Shown: positions 49,833-63,254, numbered from the stretch's first letter. The stretch is DNA of 64,000 nucleotides from Squalus acanthias (GCA_030390025.1 CM059432.1:25298001-25362000); one strand, 5' to 3'. Notes: generated from the sequence alone by a model not told the origin. Made by a program: numbers and translations.

Positions 49833-50564
49833 GGGCTGGATTTTGTGAATGGAGGCGAGTTGGAGGCGGGACTGCTGCTTGTCGTCTCAATGTCCCGCCT
49901 CCATCCTCACCTGACCTACCAGAGGGATTTTCCCCTGATTGACCTTGTTAAGCCCGCCCTGCGGGCTCAGCAGGCCAATTAAGGAGGAAATCAATGACAG
50001 AGCACATCAACGTTAGACATGCTATCTGTCAAGACTTCCTGAAAGAAGAAATGTCAGCATTTGACAGCTCTGTGAAGCTGTCAAACACTGACATTCTCTT
50101 TAGTTTGATGAGACCTTATGTTCCGGACTCATCAAACCTTTCAAATTTGTAAATTTCACTTGGCTGTTGGATTGGACACTTTTTAAACACTTATCACTCA
50201 CCTTACATACTTACCACTCCACACTTGCACCCAACACTCACCTCTACATCTTACTTCCAGGTACCTCCGACCGCCGCAGCCCTCCTCCACGTCTCCTCCA
50301 ACCCGGCGGGGTTCTCCGAGGTCGGGAAGCCTTCACCTGTGAAGGTAAAATGGGACTAATCCTTTTTTCTGCCTGTTAACTACCTGATTAAATGCCTTTC
50401 CCTCCTCCAGGAGACAGGACCCGAAGCTGCACATCTTCCCGCCTCCTGGCAAAAGAGCACGGAGGTGGGATGGGGGTGTGTTTGCCATCCGCCCCCACTT
50501 TCTCTGAATTTACCGGCTGTCCTGCCTCCATGCCTGCATCCTCGGGGCTTGGAAAATCCAGCCC
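49833..50564 (+). mobile_element. Harbinger-type MITE (family C)
   Basis: Perfect TIRs GGGCTGGATTTT / AAAATCCAGCCC; TSD AAA. Confidence 0.92.
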
Positions 50565-51303
50565 AAAGAGTCTGCAAAGGGATATAGACAGGTTAAGTGA
50601 TTGGGCAAGAAGGTGGCAGATGGAGTATAATGTGGAGAAATGTGAGGTTATTCACATTGGTAGGAAGAATAGAAAAACGGAATATTTTTTAATAGTGAGA
50701 AACTATTTAAAGAGGAATTTGGTTGCCCTGGTACTGGAAACACAGAATGTTAATATGCAGGTACAGCAAGTAATTAGATAGGCAAATGGTATGTTGGCCT
50801 TTATTGCAAGGGAGTTGGAGTACAACAGTAAGGAAGTCTTGATGCAATTGTACAGAGCTTTTGGGAGACCACACCTGGAGTACTGTGCACAGTTTTGATC
50901 TCCTTACCCAAGGAAGGATATACTTGCCTTAGAGGGGGTGTAACAAAGGTTCGCTAGATTGATTCCTGGGATGAGAGGGTTGTCCTATGAGGAGAGATTG
51001 AGTAGAGTGGGCATATACTTTCTGGAATTTAGAAGAATGAGAGGTAATCTCATTGGAACATATAAGATTCTGAGGGAGATTGACAGGGTAGATGCTGAGA
51101 GGCTGTTTCCCTGGCTAGAGAGTCTAGAACTAGAGGGCATAGTCTCAGGATAAGGGGTCAACCAATTATGACTGAATTTCTTCTCTCAGAGGGTTGTGAA
51201 TCTTTAGAATTCTCTACCCCAGAGGGTTGTAGATGCTCAGTCATTGATTATATTGAAAGCTGAGATTGCTAGATTTTTGGACTCTAAGGGAGTCAAGGGA
51301 TAT

Positions 51304-51662
51304 CACCCCACCCTATCTCTGAAACCCCCTCCAGCCCTACAACCCTCCCAGAACCCTGTGTTCATCCAACTCTGGCCTCATGTGCATCCCCCAATCCCTT
51401 CGCCCCAATATTGACAGCTGTGCTTTCAGCCGTCTAGGCCCTAAGCTCTGGAATTCCATCCGTAAACCTCTCAGCCTCTCTACCTCTCTCTCCTCCTATA
51501 AGATGCTCCTTAAAAATGACCTTACTGACCAAACTTTTGATCACCTGTCCTAATGTCTTCTTTTTAGGCTCGGTGTTACTTTTTGTCTGACTACACTCCT
51601 GTGAAGCGCCTTGGGAAGTTTTCCTATGTTAAAAAGCACTATATCAATGCAAGTTGTTGTTA
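51304..51662 (+). mobile_element. L2 LINE 3' end
   Basis: Reverse of 4551-4900; (TTG)n tail. Confidence 0.85.
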
Positions 51663-52293
51663 TTCTCTTCTCCATATTCCTATTGTATCTTTATTATTTC
51701 AGCTTTACTTTAATTCTAGCTAATGCAACCCATTTATTTTATGCTACATTATTAACTGCGCATCATTCTACTACTTCTTTCACAGCTTCCCGAGTCCCTT
51801 CATTAATTTTAGAGTTGGGAGCGAAATTGAAAAATTGGTCTCCGATTTTATAAAAAGCAGAAGCAAAGCCCTCGTTTCCAGCTTAATGAAGCCTAGAAGT
51901 GCAAAGTTTGAGATGATCTTATCTGTAATGCTGCTAGATCAGTCATTGATGTTACTTTTCTCAAATTAAATGGAGACCTCCTACCTCTCCATGAGTTGTC
52001 TCATCAGGTGTTTCCGCAGCAAATTGTGAGCGTATTAAATCATTTGTCCGTGATGCAGCAAGAGTTAAATTGACAAAGAAGAGCCAGAAGATCAGTGCCT
52101 TACTGTTGTCGCAATGATGTAATGAAAAAGTGGGGGAAAGCATGTGATTTCACACAATTTACATCACTGCACTCTGTACAAATGACAAAAAGTGTTCTTT
52201 TTTTTAAAAGGACTCCTGATGCTGAGACTCCATAGCCTATAAATTCTGGAACACCCAATTTGCTAGCGATGTGGGCTGGGTTAGGACTTCCAA

Positions 52294-53352
52294 TCATAGA
52301 ACATACATAGAACATAGAACAGTACAGCACAGTACAGGCCCTTCAGCCCTCGATGTTGTGCTGAGCATTGTCCGAGACCAAGATCAAGCTATCACACTCC
52401 CTATCACTCTGGTGTGCTCCATGTGCTTATCCAATAACCGCTTGAAAGTTCCTAAAGTGTCCGACTCCACTATCACAGCAGGCAGTCCATTCCACACCCC
52501 AACCACTCTCTGAGTAAAGAATCTACCTCGGACATCCCTTCTATATCTCCCCCCATGCACCTTATAGTTATGCCCCCTTGTAACAGCTGCCTCTACCCGA
52601 GGAAATAGTCTCTGAACATCCACTCTATCTATCCCCCTCATCATCTTATAAACCTCTATTAAGTCGCCTCTCATCCTCCTCTGCTCTAAAGAGAAAAGCC
52701 CCAACTCCCTCAATCTTTCCTCATAAGACCTCCCCCCCAAACCAGGCAGCATCCTGGTAAATCTCCTTTGCACTCTTTCCAATGCTTCCACGTCCTTCCT
52801 ATAGTGAGGTGACCAGAACTGCACACAATATTCCAAATGTGGTCTCACCAAGGTCCTGTACAGTTGCAGCATAACCTCACGGTTCTTAAACTCAAACCCT
52901 CTGTTAATAAACGCTAACACACCATAGGCCTTCTTTACTGCTCTATCCACTTGAGTGGCAACCTTCAGAGATCTGTGGATATGAACCCCCAGATCCCTCT
53001 GCTCCTCCACGTTCCTCAGAACCCTGCCGTTGACCCTGTAATCCTTATTTAAATTTGCCCTACCAAAATGAATCACCTCGCACTTATCAGGGTTAAATTC
53101 CATCTGCCATTTTTCGGCCCAGCTCTGCATCCTATCAATGTCTCTTTGCAGCCTACAACTGCCCTCCACCTCATCCACTACTCCATCAATCTTGGTGTCA
53201 TCAGCAAATTTACTGATCCACCCTTCAGTCCCCTCCTCCAAGTCATTGATAAAAATCACAAACAGCAGAGGACCCAGCACCGACCCCTGTGGCACACCGC
53301 TGGTAACTGGTCTCCAGTCCGAAAATGTTCCATCCACCACCACCCTCTGCCT
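52294..53352 (-). mobile_element. CR1 LINE 3' portion with an uninterrupted RT frame
   Basis: Open from RRQRVVVDG to the stop at 52384; (CATAGAA)n tail. Confidence 0.94.
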
Positions 53353-53812
53353 TCTATGAGTAGAACGATAAAACATTTTTCCTAATCTTGCTCCTTTGGT
53401 GTTGTGATGCTCTCCAAATGGCACTCGATCTCTCGGAGATTGATTGCTGTTGGCACATGGCATTGCGGGGGTCCCCTTACAACAATGAGTGTGCCTGCTA
53501 CTTACCGTAGGATGTATGCTGGGCAGAGCTGGCAGCATTTCCAAGTGAGACCAGCACGCTGCCAGTCCAGCCTCCAAAAGTGACATCATGATTGGGAGCT
53601 GGGGGCACGGGTAGAAGAAGCAGCTCTCGCATCGTTGGAATGCTTCAATGAGGTCAGGAAGGGGTGGAAACCCAGGGGAAAAAGGTTCTGCCCAAATTCC
53701 ACCCAATTCTGACCCCAAAACGGACTGAAATTTCTAGGCTATTCTCCCTATCTCTCCTAAACAGTACAGTCCACAGCCTCCAAACACCCTGCGGTAATGT
53801 CAAGCATTTGAC

Positions 53813-54507
53813 CTTTTTTTTTATTTGTTCATGGGTTGTGGGCATCGCTGGCAAGGCCAGCATTTATTGCCCATCCCTAGATGCCCTTGAGAAGGTGATG
53901 GTGAGCCACCTTCTTGAACTGCTGCAGTCCGTGTGGTGAAGGTACTCCCACAGTGCTGTTAGGGAGGGAGTTCCAGGATTTTGACCCAGCAACGATGAAG
54001 GAAGGGCGATATATTTCCAAATCAGGATGGTGTGTGACTTGGAGGGGAACTTGGAGGTGGTGGTGTTCGCATGTGCCTGCTGCCCTTGTCCTTCTAGGTG
54101 GTAGAGGTCGCGGGTTTGGGAGGTGCTGCCGAAGAAGCCTCGGCGAGTTGCTGCAGTGCATCTTATAGATGGTACACACTGCAGTCACGGTGTGCTGGTG
54201 GTGGAGGGAGTAAATGTTTAAGGTGGTGGATAGGGTGCCAATCAAGCAGGCTGCTTTGTCTTGGGTGGTGTCGAGCTTCTTGAGTGTTGTTGGAGCTGCA
54301 CTCATCCAGGCAAGTGGAGAGTATTCCATCACACTCCTGACTTGTGCCTTGTAGATGGTGGAAAGGCTTTGGGGAATCAGGAGGTGAGACACTCGCTACA
54401 GAATACCCAGCCTCTGACCTGCTCTTGTTGCCACAGTATTTATGTGGCTGGTCCAGTTAAGTTTCTGGTCAATGGTGACCCAAGTATATTGATGGTGGGG
54501 GATTCGG
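53813..54507 (-). mobile_element. LINE family B 3' fragment
   Basis: IYKAQVRSVMEYSPLAW...; same tail as 34221-35348. Confidence 0.9.
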
Positions 54508-55429
54508 CTCAGAAGCTGTTTCCTGGGCTCCAGCCTCCGACCGATGTCATCAAGTGAACGGAGCTGTTGCCCCACCTGCCCGATGTACCCCACAGTCAAA
54601 AACATTTTCAAATTCAGTTCAACTGCTCATATTTCCCTTACTCCCAGATGACTGAAGCAGCTCTTTCACTTCAGTTTGTCACTGTGTTCCACACTGTACA
54701 GCTTCAAAAGAATAACTCATTTTGCTACACAATCTCTGGAGATGCTTTCAACAGTGTGAGTGAAACATCAGGAGGCGGGGAGTGGCGGGGGATGGCGGGT
54801 GGGGGGGGAAGTGGGAAGCTGTATACAATGGACAGTGCAATCCCTGAACGATAAAGCCTTTTTTTTTCTCCATCCAATTATGGTGCTCTGCTTTTAAGTG
54901 TCATTGATTTTTGACAATTTCTCGTACACGCAGGAGGAGCACATAATACAGAGAGCCTGCCTTTACTGCCAAAACTCATTTATTTTTGGGAAAATGCTGT
55001 TTTATATTTCCAGTAACAGGACGGCTTAAATAACACCGAGTCATGACAGCATTGTCTGTTAGTGAATATTTTTAAGGGTAAACCTTTAAAGTTGGAACAT
55101 GCATTTCAACTTTTGTTTTTAATTGTACACGTAATAGGAATTTTAAAAAAAAATGATTAAATAGAAATCAGAGTCAGAGTCTCTTTCTTTTCCAAGGCAT
55201 AATTTTTTTCCATTATATATTACAATAGAATCTCAAAGGTCTGTTCACTGATTAAAAATGGGAGCTTTCAATAACTGGCTTTCTATTTTGGCCTTTAGCT
55301 CACAGCACTGCTGCCAATAGCAACCTTGACTTCAGCAGTGTACAGTAAATGAGATGGTGATGATGCCTTCGCAGGCATGAGAACTGTCTCAAACTCAGAG
55401 ATTCTGTGGTTATTTGAAGTATAGCAATA

Positions 55430-55900
55430 TTAGGACCAGGAGGAGGCCAATCAGGCCCTCGAGCCTGTTCCGCCATTCAATTAGACCATGGCTGATCTGT
55501 AACTCAACCCCATTTACCTGCCTTTGGTTCATATCCCTTGATACCTTGATACCCTTACCTAATAAAAAATCTATCAATCTCAGTCTCAGAAATTGACCCA
55601 ATATTCACAGCCTTTTGGGGCATAAAGTTCCAGATTAATGAGACCTTTTGTAGTGCTTCCTGATTTCACTCCGGAATGGCCTGCCTCTAATTTTAACATT
55701 CTTCCTCCTTGTTCTGCATTCACACCAGAGGAAATAGAGTATCTTTATTGAATCCTTTTATCATTTTAAACACCTCGATTAGATCAGCCCTCCTCAATCT
55801 TCTAAATTTAAGGTTAGAAAAGCTACATTTATGCAACCGTTCTTCAAAATGTAATACTTTAAGCCCCGGTAACATTCTGGTGAATCTGAGCTGCAGCACC
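55430..55900 (-). mobile_element. Degenerate CR1 3' portion
   Basis: GGAGGAGGCCAATCAGGCCCTCGAGCCTGTTCCGCCATTC tail. Confidence 0.8.
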
Positions 55901-56514
55901 CCTAACGATGCCTAAATGAGCAAATGCCACGTGATGCTGTCCAGATGACCAATGTTCCTTCAACGTCCTTCCCCCCTCCACCTGGGTACCAGTCAGGTAA
56001 AGTGCGTTCTCCATGACATAATCTGAATCCACCTTTATTTTCAGGTTCAGGTCATTTTAATAGACCAACATATGTTCATGACGGAGCAAGCCCAACCTTT
56101 TGCAAGGCCTAGCACCTGGAAGCTGGGGGGAGGAGGGGTGGGCTGGCAGTCAGCTTAAGACGCCTACACCAGCACCAGTAGCCACCAGCTGTGATCCTTT
56201 TTGTTGTGGTCCAAATAAACAGCCACAGCGTCTCCAGCCCAGAGGTTTCAGTCCAGAATGTGGAAAGAAAAAGGGTAGTCCAATCTGAGCAGATCTGGGT
56301 GCAAGGCCTAAGGCTTACTTCTTCCAGTCCGCCGGCCAGGCATCGAGATAGAGAAATGAGGCAGCAGTCGGCATTATGTACCTCTCACCTCATTTGCATA
56401 CAATATCCATGCTTGCGTCTGCTCTAGGTATGTGCATCACCACCCTCCCCCCTTAGGAATCCCGAGGATATTGTTGGTAATGCAAGGGGGCGTGGAGCAC
56501 TTGCATTTGGGTTG

Positions 56515-58785
56515 CAAAGATTAGGGGTCATGGAATTAGGGGTAATATATTAGCAAGGATTGAGGATTGGTTCACAGACAGAAAACAGAGTAGGAATAAA
56601 CGGGTCATTTTCAGGATCTTTTTGTTTATTCGTTCATGGGATGTGGGCGTCACTGGCAAGGCCAGCATTCATTGCCTATCCCTAGTTGTCCTTGAGAAGG
56701 TGGTGGTGAGCCGCTTTCTTGAACCGCTGCAGTCCGTGTGGTGAAGGTACTCCCACAGTGCTGTTAGGGAGGGAGTTCCTGGATTTTGACCCAGCGACGA
56801 TGAAGGAATGGCGATATACTTCCAAGTCAGGATGGTGTGTGCCTTGGAGGGGAACTTGGAGGTGGCGGTGTTCCCATGCGCCTGCTGCCCTTGTCCTTCT
56901 AGGTGGTAGAGGTCGCGGGTTTGGGAGGTGCTGTCGAAGAAGCCTTGGCAAGTTGCTGCAGTGCATCTTGTAGATGGTACACACTGCAGCCACAGTACAC
57001 CAGTGGTGGAGGGAGTGAATGTTTAAGGTGGTGGATGGGGCGCCAACTAAGTGGGCTGCTTTGTCTTGGATGGTGTCGAGCTTCTTGAGTGTTGTTGGAG
57101 CTGCACTCATCCAGGCAAGTGGAGAGTATTCCATCACACTCCTGACTTGTGCCTTGTAGATGGTGGAAAGGCTTTGGGGAATCAAGAGGTGAGACACTCG
57201 CCACAGAATACCCAGCCCCTGACCTGCTGTTGTTGCCACAGTTTTTATGTGGCTGGTCCAGTTAAGTTTCTGGTTAATGTTGACCCCAGTATATTGATGG
57301 TGGGGGATTCGGCGATGGTAATGCCGTTGAATGCAAGGGGCGGTGGTTAGACACTTGCTTGTTGGAGATAGTCATTGCCTGGCACTTGTGTGGCGTTAAT
57401 GTTACCTGCCACTTATCAGCCCAAGCCTGAATGTTGTCCAGGTCTTGCTGCACGCGGGCAAGGACTGCTTCATTATCTGAGGAGTTGCGAATGGCACTGA
57501 ACACTGTGCAGTCATCAGCGAACATCTCCACTTCTGACCTTATGATGGAGGAAAGGTCTTTGATGAAGCAGCTGAAGATGGTTGGGCCTAGGACACTGCC
57601 CCGAGGAACTCCTGCAGCGACGTCCTGGGGCTCTGATGATTGACCTTCAACTACCACAACCATCTTCCTTTGTGCTAGTTATGACTCCAGCCAGTGGAGA
57701 AATTTCCCCCCGATTCCCATTGACTTCAGTTTTACTCGGGCTCCTTGATGCCACACTCGGTCAAATGCTGCCTTGATGTCAAGGGCAGTCACTCTCACCT
57801 CACCTCTGGAATTCAGCTCTTTTGTCTGAGGTCTGGAGCCGAGTGGTCCTGGCGGAACCCAAACAGGGCATCAGTGAGCAGGTTATTGGTGAGTAAGTGC
57901 CGCTTGATAGCACTGTCGATGACAGCTTCCATCACTTTGCTGATGATTGAGAGTAGACTGATGGGGCGGTAATCGGCTGGATTGGATTTGTCCTGCTTTT
58001 TGTGGACAGGACATACCTGGGCAGTTTTCCACATTGTCAGATAGATGCCAGTGTTATAGCTATACTGGATGACAGTTTGTAACTAATGGTGTGCCGCAAG
58101 GATCAATGCTTGGGCCTCAGCTATTTGCAATCTATATCAATGACTTTGATGAGGGGACCGAGTGTAATATATGCATGTTTGCTGATGATACAAAGCTAGG
58201 TAGGAATGTAAGCTGTGATGAGGACGCAAAGAGGCTGCAAAGAGATAAGTGATTGGACAATAAGGTAGCAGATGGAGTATAATGTGGGGAAGTGTGAAAT
58301 TATTCACTTTGGTAGGAAGAATAGAAAAGCAGAATATTTTTTAAAAGGTGAGAGACTAGTTAATGTTGGTATTCAGAGGGATTTGGGTGTCCTTGTACAC
58401 AAATCACAGAAAGTTAACATGCAGGTACAGCAAGCAATTAGGAAGGGAAATTATATATTAGCCTTTATTGCAAGGGGATTTGAGCACAACTGTAAGAAAG
58501 TCTTGCTGCAATTATATAGGGCTTTGGTGAGACCACACTTGGAGTAAGTACTGTGCACAGTTTTGGTCTCCTTACCTAAGGAAGGATATACTTGCCTTAG
58601 AGGGAGTGCAACGAAGGTTCACTAGATCGATAGTTTTTTGGGTACTAAGGGAATCAAGGGATATGGGGATAGGGTGTGAAAGTGGAGTTGATGTAGAAGA
58701 TCAGCCATGATCTTATTGAATGGCGGAGCAGGCTCGAGGGGCCTTATGGCCTACTCCTGCTCTTATTTCTTATGTTCTTATGTTC
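56515..58785 (+). mobile_element. CR1 LINE fragment split by a family-B LINE
   Basis: DRKQRVGIN before 56617; GVPQGS..FADDTK and MEYNVGKCEIIHFG after 58070; (TTCTTATG)n tail. Confidence 0.9.
56618..58068 (-). mobile_element. LINE family B nested antisense in CR1
   Basis: CPVHKKQDKSNPADYRPISLLS, GSVLGPTIFSCF, FADDCT. Confidence 0.92.
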
Positions 58786-59970
58786 TCAAAGCAGATGACA
58801 AGCAGCCAATAAACGTGAAGCTTCTTGTGCAATCTTTCAATCTGCCCTTCAACAGACCGTGTACAATCTACCCGGTCATGAATTCTACCCCACCTATTTA
58901 TTGTCTTGATGAGAGTTTATGTCGACCTCTCCCCCTCAGAGAAGTAAATAAAACAAAACTGCAAAATACCTAACTGAACTTACATCCTACATTGCTTATC
59001 CTTGACTGCTTGTCTTTCTTGGCATGGCATATCCAAGCAGCTCAGGAACCATCATATTTTATACACAGGATTCAATCGTCTCTATCTTACACACGAACAG
59101 CCTCCTGGTGGGACCACTCACTGGCCTATCAGCAGTTAAAAATAGATGGACCCGAATGGCCTGACTTGTACAGATGACAATGAGTTTCTCATCATTACCA
59201 GAATTCTGACAGATGATGTGAACCAGAAGCAGAAACCATTTCTCTGCCATTAGTTCTCTATGAATAACAATTCTTTACCCATGTCAAATATATTGATGCA
59301 ATGCTGAAAGACTACAGCAAATGGTAAGAGGATTAAAATGATTACACCAGAGCCATATATGTCTACAATTAATAGCAAGATCCTGTATCCATTAAGGGTT
59401 GCACTGCCAGCCTACAATTATTATCACAAAGTGACTAATCTGCTTGCATATTTATTGACTGGAGTCATAATGGGCTCCTTTTGACTAATACTGTAACTCT
59501 GCCGTTTATTTCCAAAATGGTTTTCCAACTTATGCACATGAATAACTTTGAATTAATCGAAAACATCTCTACCATAACAGAATGGCCTGACAAAACTTCA
59601 ATAACACTTCAACCATTACGTTTCACTTCAAATAAAAATTTAATCGGATGTGTTATGAATTGGTTGACACAGCATGTGGCAAAAAGCAATTTTTTTAGTC
59701 AGAAGGCAACTTTATAGAGGAAGCTGTAATCCTTTTTATTGTCAAAGGGAGAATTAGAAAAAAAAGAGTGCTGGGCACAGTAACATTATTTTTAAAAAGC
59801 TGTCAAACTTAATTCAACTTTGTACATTAAGCGTGACAATAAGATGGAAAGGTGCCATTGCTACATAATTTTCCACTCCTCAATGGCAATGCTAGATACA
59901 AAGTTTGTTAACAGTAAGGCTTATATAAAGATATATGTACAATAGTCAATCTCCTGTGTCAATGAACATC

Positions 59971-60602
59971 GGGCTGGATTTTGATACTGGGGCGGGCTAG
60001 GGTCGTGTCATCCACTTTTCGTGTTATCCACCCGACTGCTAATGGATGTGGGAGATTGATGCAATTTTCACCTAATTGGGCAATTGAGTTCCAGCATGTG
60101 GGAACCCATGAACCAATTAGTGTTTTCAGTCTGAAAGTCGCCTCTGATAATGTCATCATTGCTGCTGCATTGAAGGTCAGAGACTGCCTGGCCTTTGCTG
60201 TGAGAGGACCTGGATACAAAATGAGCAGCAGCCCGAAGTCTGCTCCCAGATATTTTTTACACCACCACTGAGAGAGAGAGAGAGAGAGATCTCCAGCCAA
60301 ATGTGCTCCCGCCAGGTTTCACAATCGTGGTTCAGAACAGGCGTGCTTCACGTAGAACAAGGGTAAAAATCACAAAGGCCTTTCAAAATGGCATTATAGA
60401 GCCAATTTAGTGCTTGTTAAGGGCCTTAACAGCCTATCCCATCTCTTAGAGGTGGGACGGAGTCGGGACCAGCAGACACGATTTAATGAAAATTGCGTGG
60501 AGGTGGGATGGAGGCGGACTTGTGCCCACCCGCCAGTTTTCGCAATTTTAACCCCCCACATGCCTCCAAACCCGCCTCCACGGGTCAATGAAAATCCAGC
60601 CC
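59971..60602. mobile_element. Harbinger-type MITE with family C termini
   Basis: TIRs GGGCTGGATTTT / AAAATCCAGCCC; no matching TSD. Confidence 0.82.
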
Positions 60603-60754
60603 GAGGAGTCACAACCTAGTGCAGTCTTCAAGTCTTCAGGAATAATTGGACCAGGGTGTACAGATGTAATTTAGTTAGCGCTTTATGGTGATACAATCCA
60701 TCCTTAGTTTGATAAAATGCTTTGATTTTAATATTATTTACAGTTAAATATCAA

Positions 60755-61457
60755 GGGGGAAAAATTGGGTTGCTTTGCGCCTCCCATTAGCGCCCGAAGA
60801 TGGCACTAATGGGGCGCAAAGCAACTAGCGCCTGGGCGCGGCGCCGCCCACCCATCCCGCGAAATTCAGCGGGAGGTTAGTGGCGGTGCTAACCGGTAAC
60901 ACCCCGCGGCGCTGCGCCTCCGGCGATGACATCATCACCGTACACAGCGCCCCGCTCGCGCCCCGGCCGTGATCTTCGGGAGCGCCCTCTGACTTACCAC
61001 CGGACGCTATGTCCGACGAGGTCAGGGGGGCCTACCTGCGGCCGGGGAGGCGCAATTTAAAGGCGAGGTGCGGAGCAGCCATTTTTGTTGCTGGCCGCCT
61101 GCCAGTACCTGCCTGCGCTCCTGTCCCCGACCTCCTGAATGGCCCCCCCCCCCCCCGCGGAATGCCGGCTGCGCTCCAAGAGCCTGGCATTTCTCTTGAG
61201 TGCCAGGCTCTTTAGTCGGCACTCCCGATCCCCGGGGGTCCAGCTGGGCCCCAGGTCGTGGTGCGCAAGGCCCCTCCCCTTTAAGAAGGGGAGAAAGGCC
61301 TGCAATACCACAGCACAATGTGCTGCAGCTCGTGGTACGTACGTGGTAAAGCTTCCAGTAGCGCCCCGCTTCCCTCTTGGGGTGGAACCACTCAAGTTCC
61401 GGCACGGGGGCGCTAAAAGTAGCGCCCCGGCGAAGTTAGCGCCCCAATTTATAGCCC
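60755..61457. mobile_element. GC-rich Harbinger-type MITE
   Basis: Ends GGGGGAAAAATTGGG / CCCAATTTATAGCCC; TSD CAA. Confidence 0.85.
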
Positions 61458-61824
61458 CAAATGTCATTGCAATTTAAGAATCTGGTTGGAACACAGGAAT
61501 TTATTTGCTCCACAGGCTGGGGAACTGGGAGATGCAAAATTAAGGCAATACAGCACCTCCACTGAGGAAGCTTGCAATTACAGTTTGACAAGTTTACAGA
61601 GGCATTTTTTTTGGTCAGCCAATGCCCATTACCAAATTTAAGAGCCTCCAAACCAATCTACTGAGAAATCTACACATAGTTGCTACTTGACTGATATGGA
61701 GTGTACCTTCCTTCCAGTATGGGGACATTCCAGTTACCTAAGGTTAAAGAGGTTAGTCGCAGGTTGGAAAGAACCAAGGCATTGGGGACCCACGTAATGG
61801 CTGCGGGATCTTGCTATAAATTTT

Positions 61825-62290
61825 TAAAAAATCATTCTTGGGATGTGGCCGTCACTGGCAAAGCCAGTATTTATTGCCCACCACCAGTTCCACTGGATAC
61901 AACTGAATGGCTTCCTTGCAACATTCGCGCTACGCTGCGCAGATGTCTGGAGGTCCCACGCAGCCCAGGACCCGCTTTTTAAATGGGAGATTTCACGCAT
62001 GGCCACTTTAGAGTCAACCACATTGGTGTGGTACTGGAGTTACATGTAGGCCAGACAAGGTACCGACAGCAGGTTTCCTTCCCTAAAGGATATTAGTGAG
62101 CTAGGTTTTAATGACAATCCGACAACCTCATGCTCACTTTTGCTGATACCAGCATTTTGCTTCCAGATTTCTTTTTGGGTTGAATTCAAGTTCTTAAAAT
62201 GCCCTGATGGGATTTGAATTGACGTTTTCTGGGTTATTAGTCTAGGCTTCTGAAGTATTATTCCAGTAATATAACTGTTACATGACCATA
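61825..62290 (-). mobile_element. tRNA-derived SINE with family-B LINE tail
   Basis: Reverse homolog of 1545-1862. Confidence 0.75.
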
Positions 62291-62338
62291 CCCATATACA
62301 AGGCTCTGGTATAATCATTTTATGCAGTAGGACTACTA

Positions 62339-63231
62339 GGGGTAAAAATTCAGTTGGTTGCGCCTCCCGTTAGCGCCTTAAGAGGGCGCTAATGGGGCGC
62401 AAAGCCGCTAACGCCCGGGCGCAGCGATGTTTGCGCCGCTCGAGAACTTAACTTGAGATTGTGCGGCGGCGCTAAAACTTACCGCTGCGACCACCTGCGC
62501 GCGCAGATTGTGACGTCATTCCATGGTGCAACGCCCTTGTGGCGCCCCGTAGTGGAAATTGAGTGGCGCCCCCTGCCTTACCGCCTGGCGCTAGCAACGA
62601 CCAGAAGACTGGAACGCTATCAATCGCTGTGGGGCTGGGGGGGGCGCTATTTAAAGGGGGCCTCTTCCTGTCTTTTATTGTTGGTGGCATTTTTGAACTA
62701 CGCATTCTGAGAGAGAGAGGGAGAGACTTCTGGAGAGATTCAACGTTGTGTGAAGGAGTTTTGGGTACTGAGCAGCACTTTGCAGGTTCATTTTGATTTG
62801 CCCTTCCTTGTATCGATTTAGCAGAGACTGTGGGAGCTGCACTCTGAGCTCTTTGCCTGGTACTCTCCATTGTTCTTTCCAGCACATTTGATGTGCAAGT
62901 CTCTCCAGGCCGAGATTCAAGGCTGCAATGAACAGGATGTGGATGGAAAGCAAGATTAACCATCCCCTTTAAGAACTGGCCCGTGCCATTGTGTGTGTGT
63001 TCCATTGCTGACTGACATTACATGAGCTTCGCCAGCGCTCTGAGTTAGCGCCTCACTCCTTAGCCTTTGCGCCTTAAGACAGGTGTGCAGCGCCTGCTTT
63101 AGCGCTCCACTCACCTCCCGGGGCGGTAAAAGTGAAGTTTCCAGTCAGTGCCGATAATTAGCGCCAGGTGCTAATATTTGCGTCCAGACGATGTTTGCGC
63201 CCCAAATGGGGCGCGACCTAATTTCTACCCC
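62339..63231. mobile_element. Harbinger-type MITE (family A)
   Basis: TIRs GGGGTAAAAATT / AATTTCTACCCC; TSD CTA; colinear with 2856-3723. Confidence 0.88.
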
Positions 63232-63254
63232 CTAGAGTTTAATCAGCTAGGACT

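Larger units (their letters stand above)
47320..51303 (+). mobile_element. CR1 LINE, disrupted, hosting a nested CR1 and a MITE
   Basis: [62 protein letters not shown]. Confidence 0.92.

Noticed and set aside
60755..61457. CpG-island promoter of a host gene (also 45288-46013)
   Set aside because: The GC-rich sequence is bounded by MITE termini
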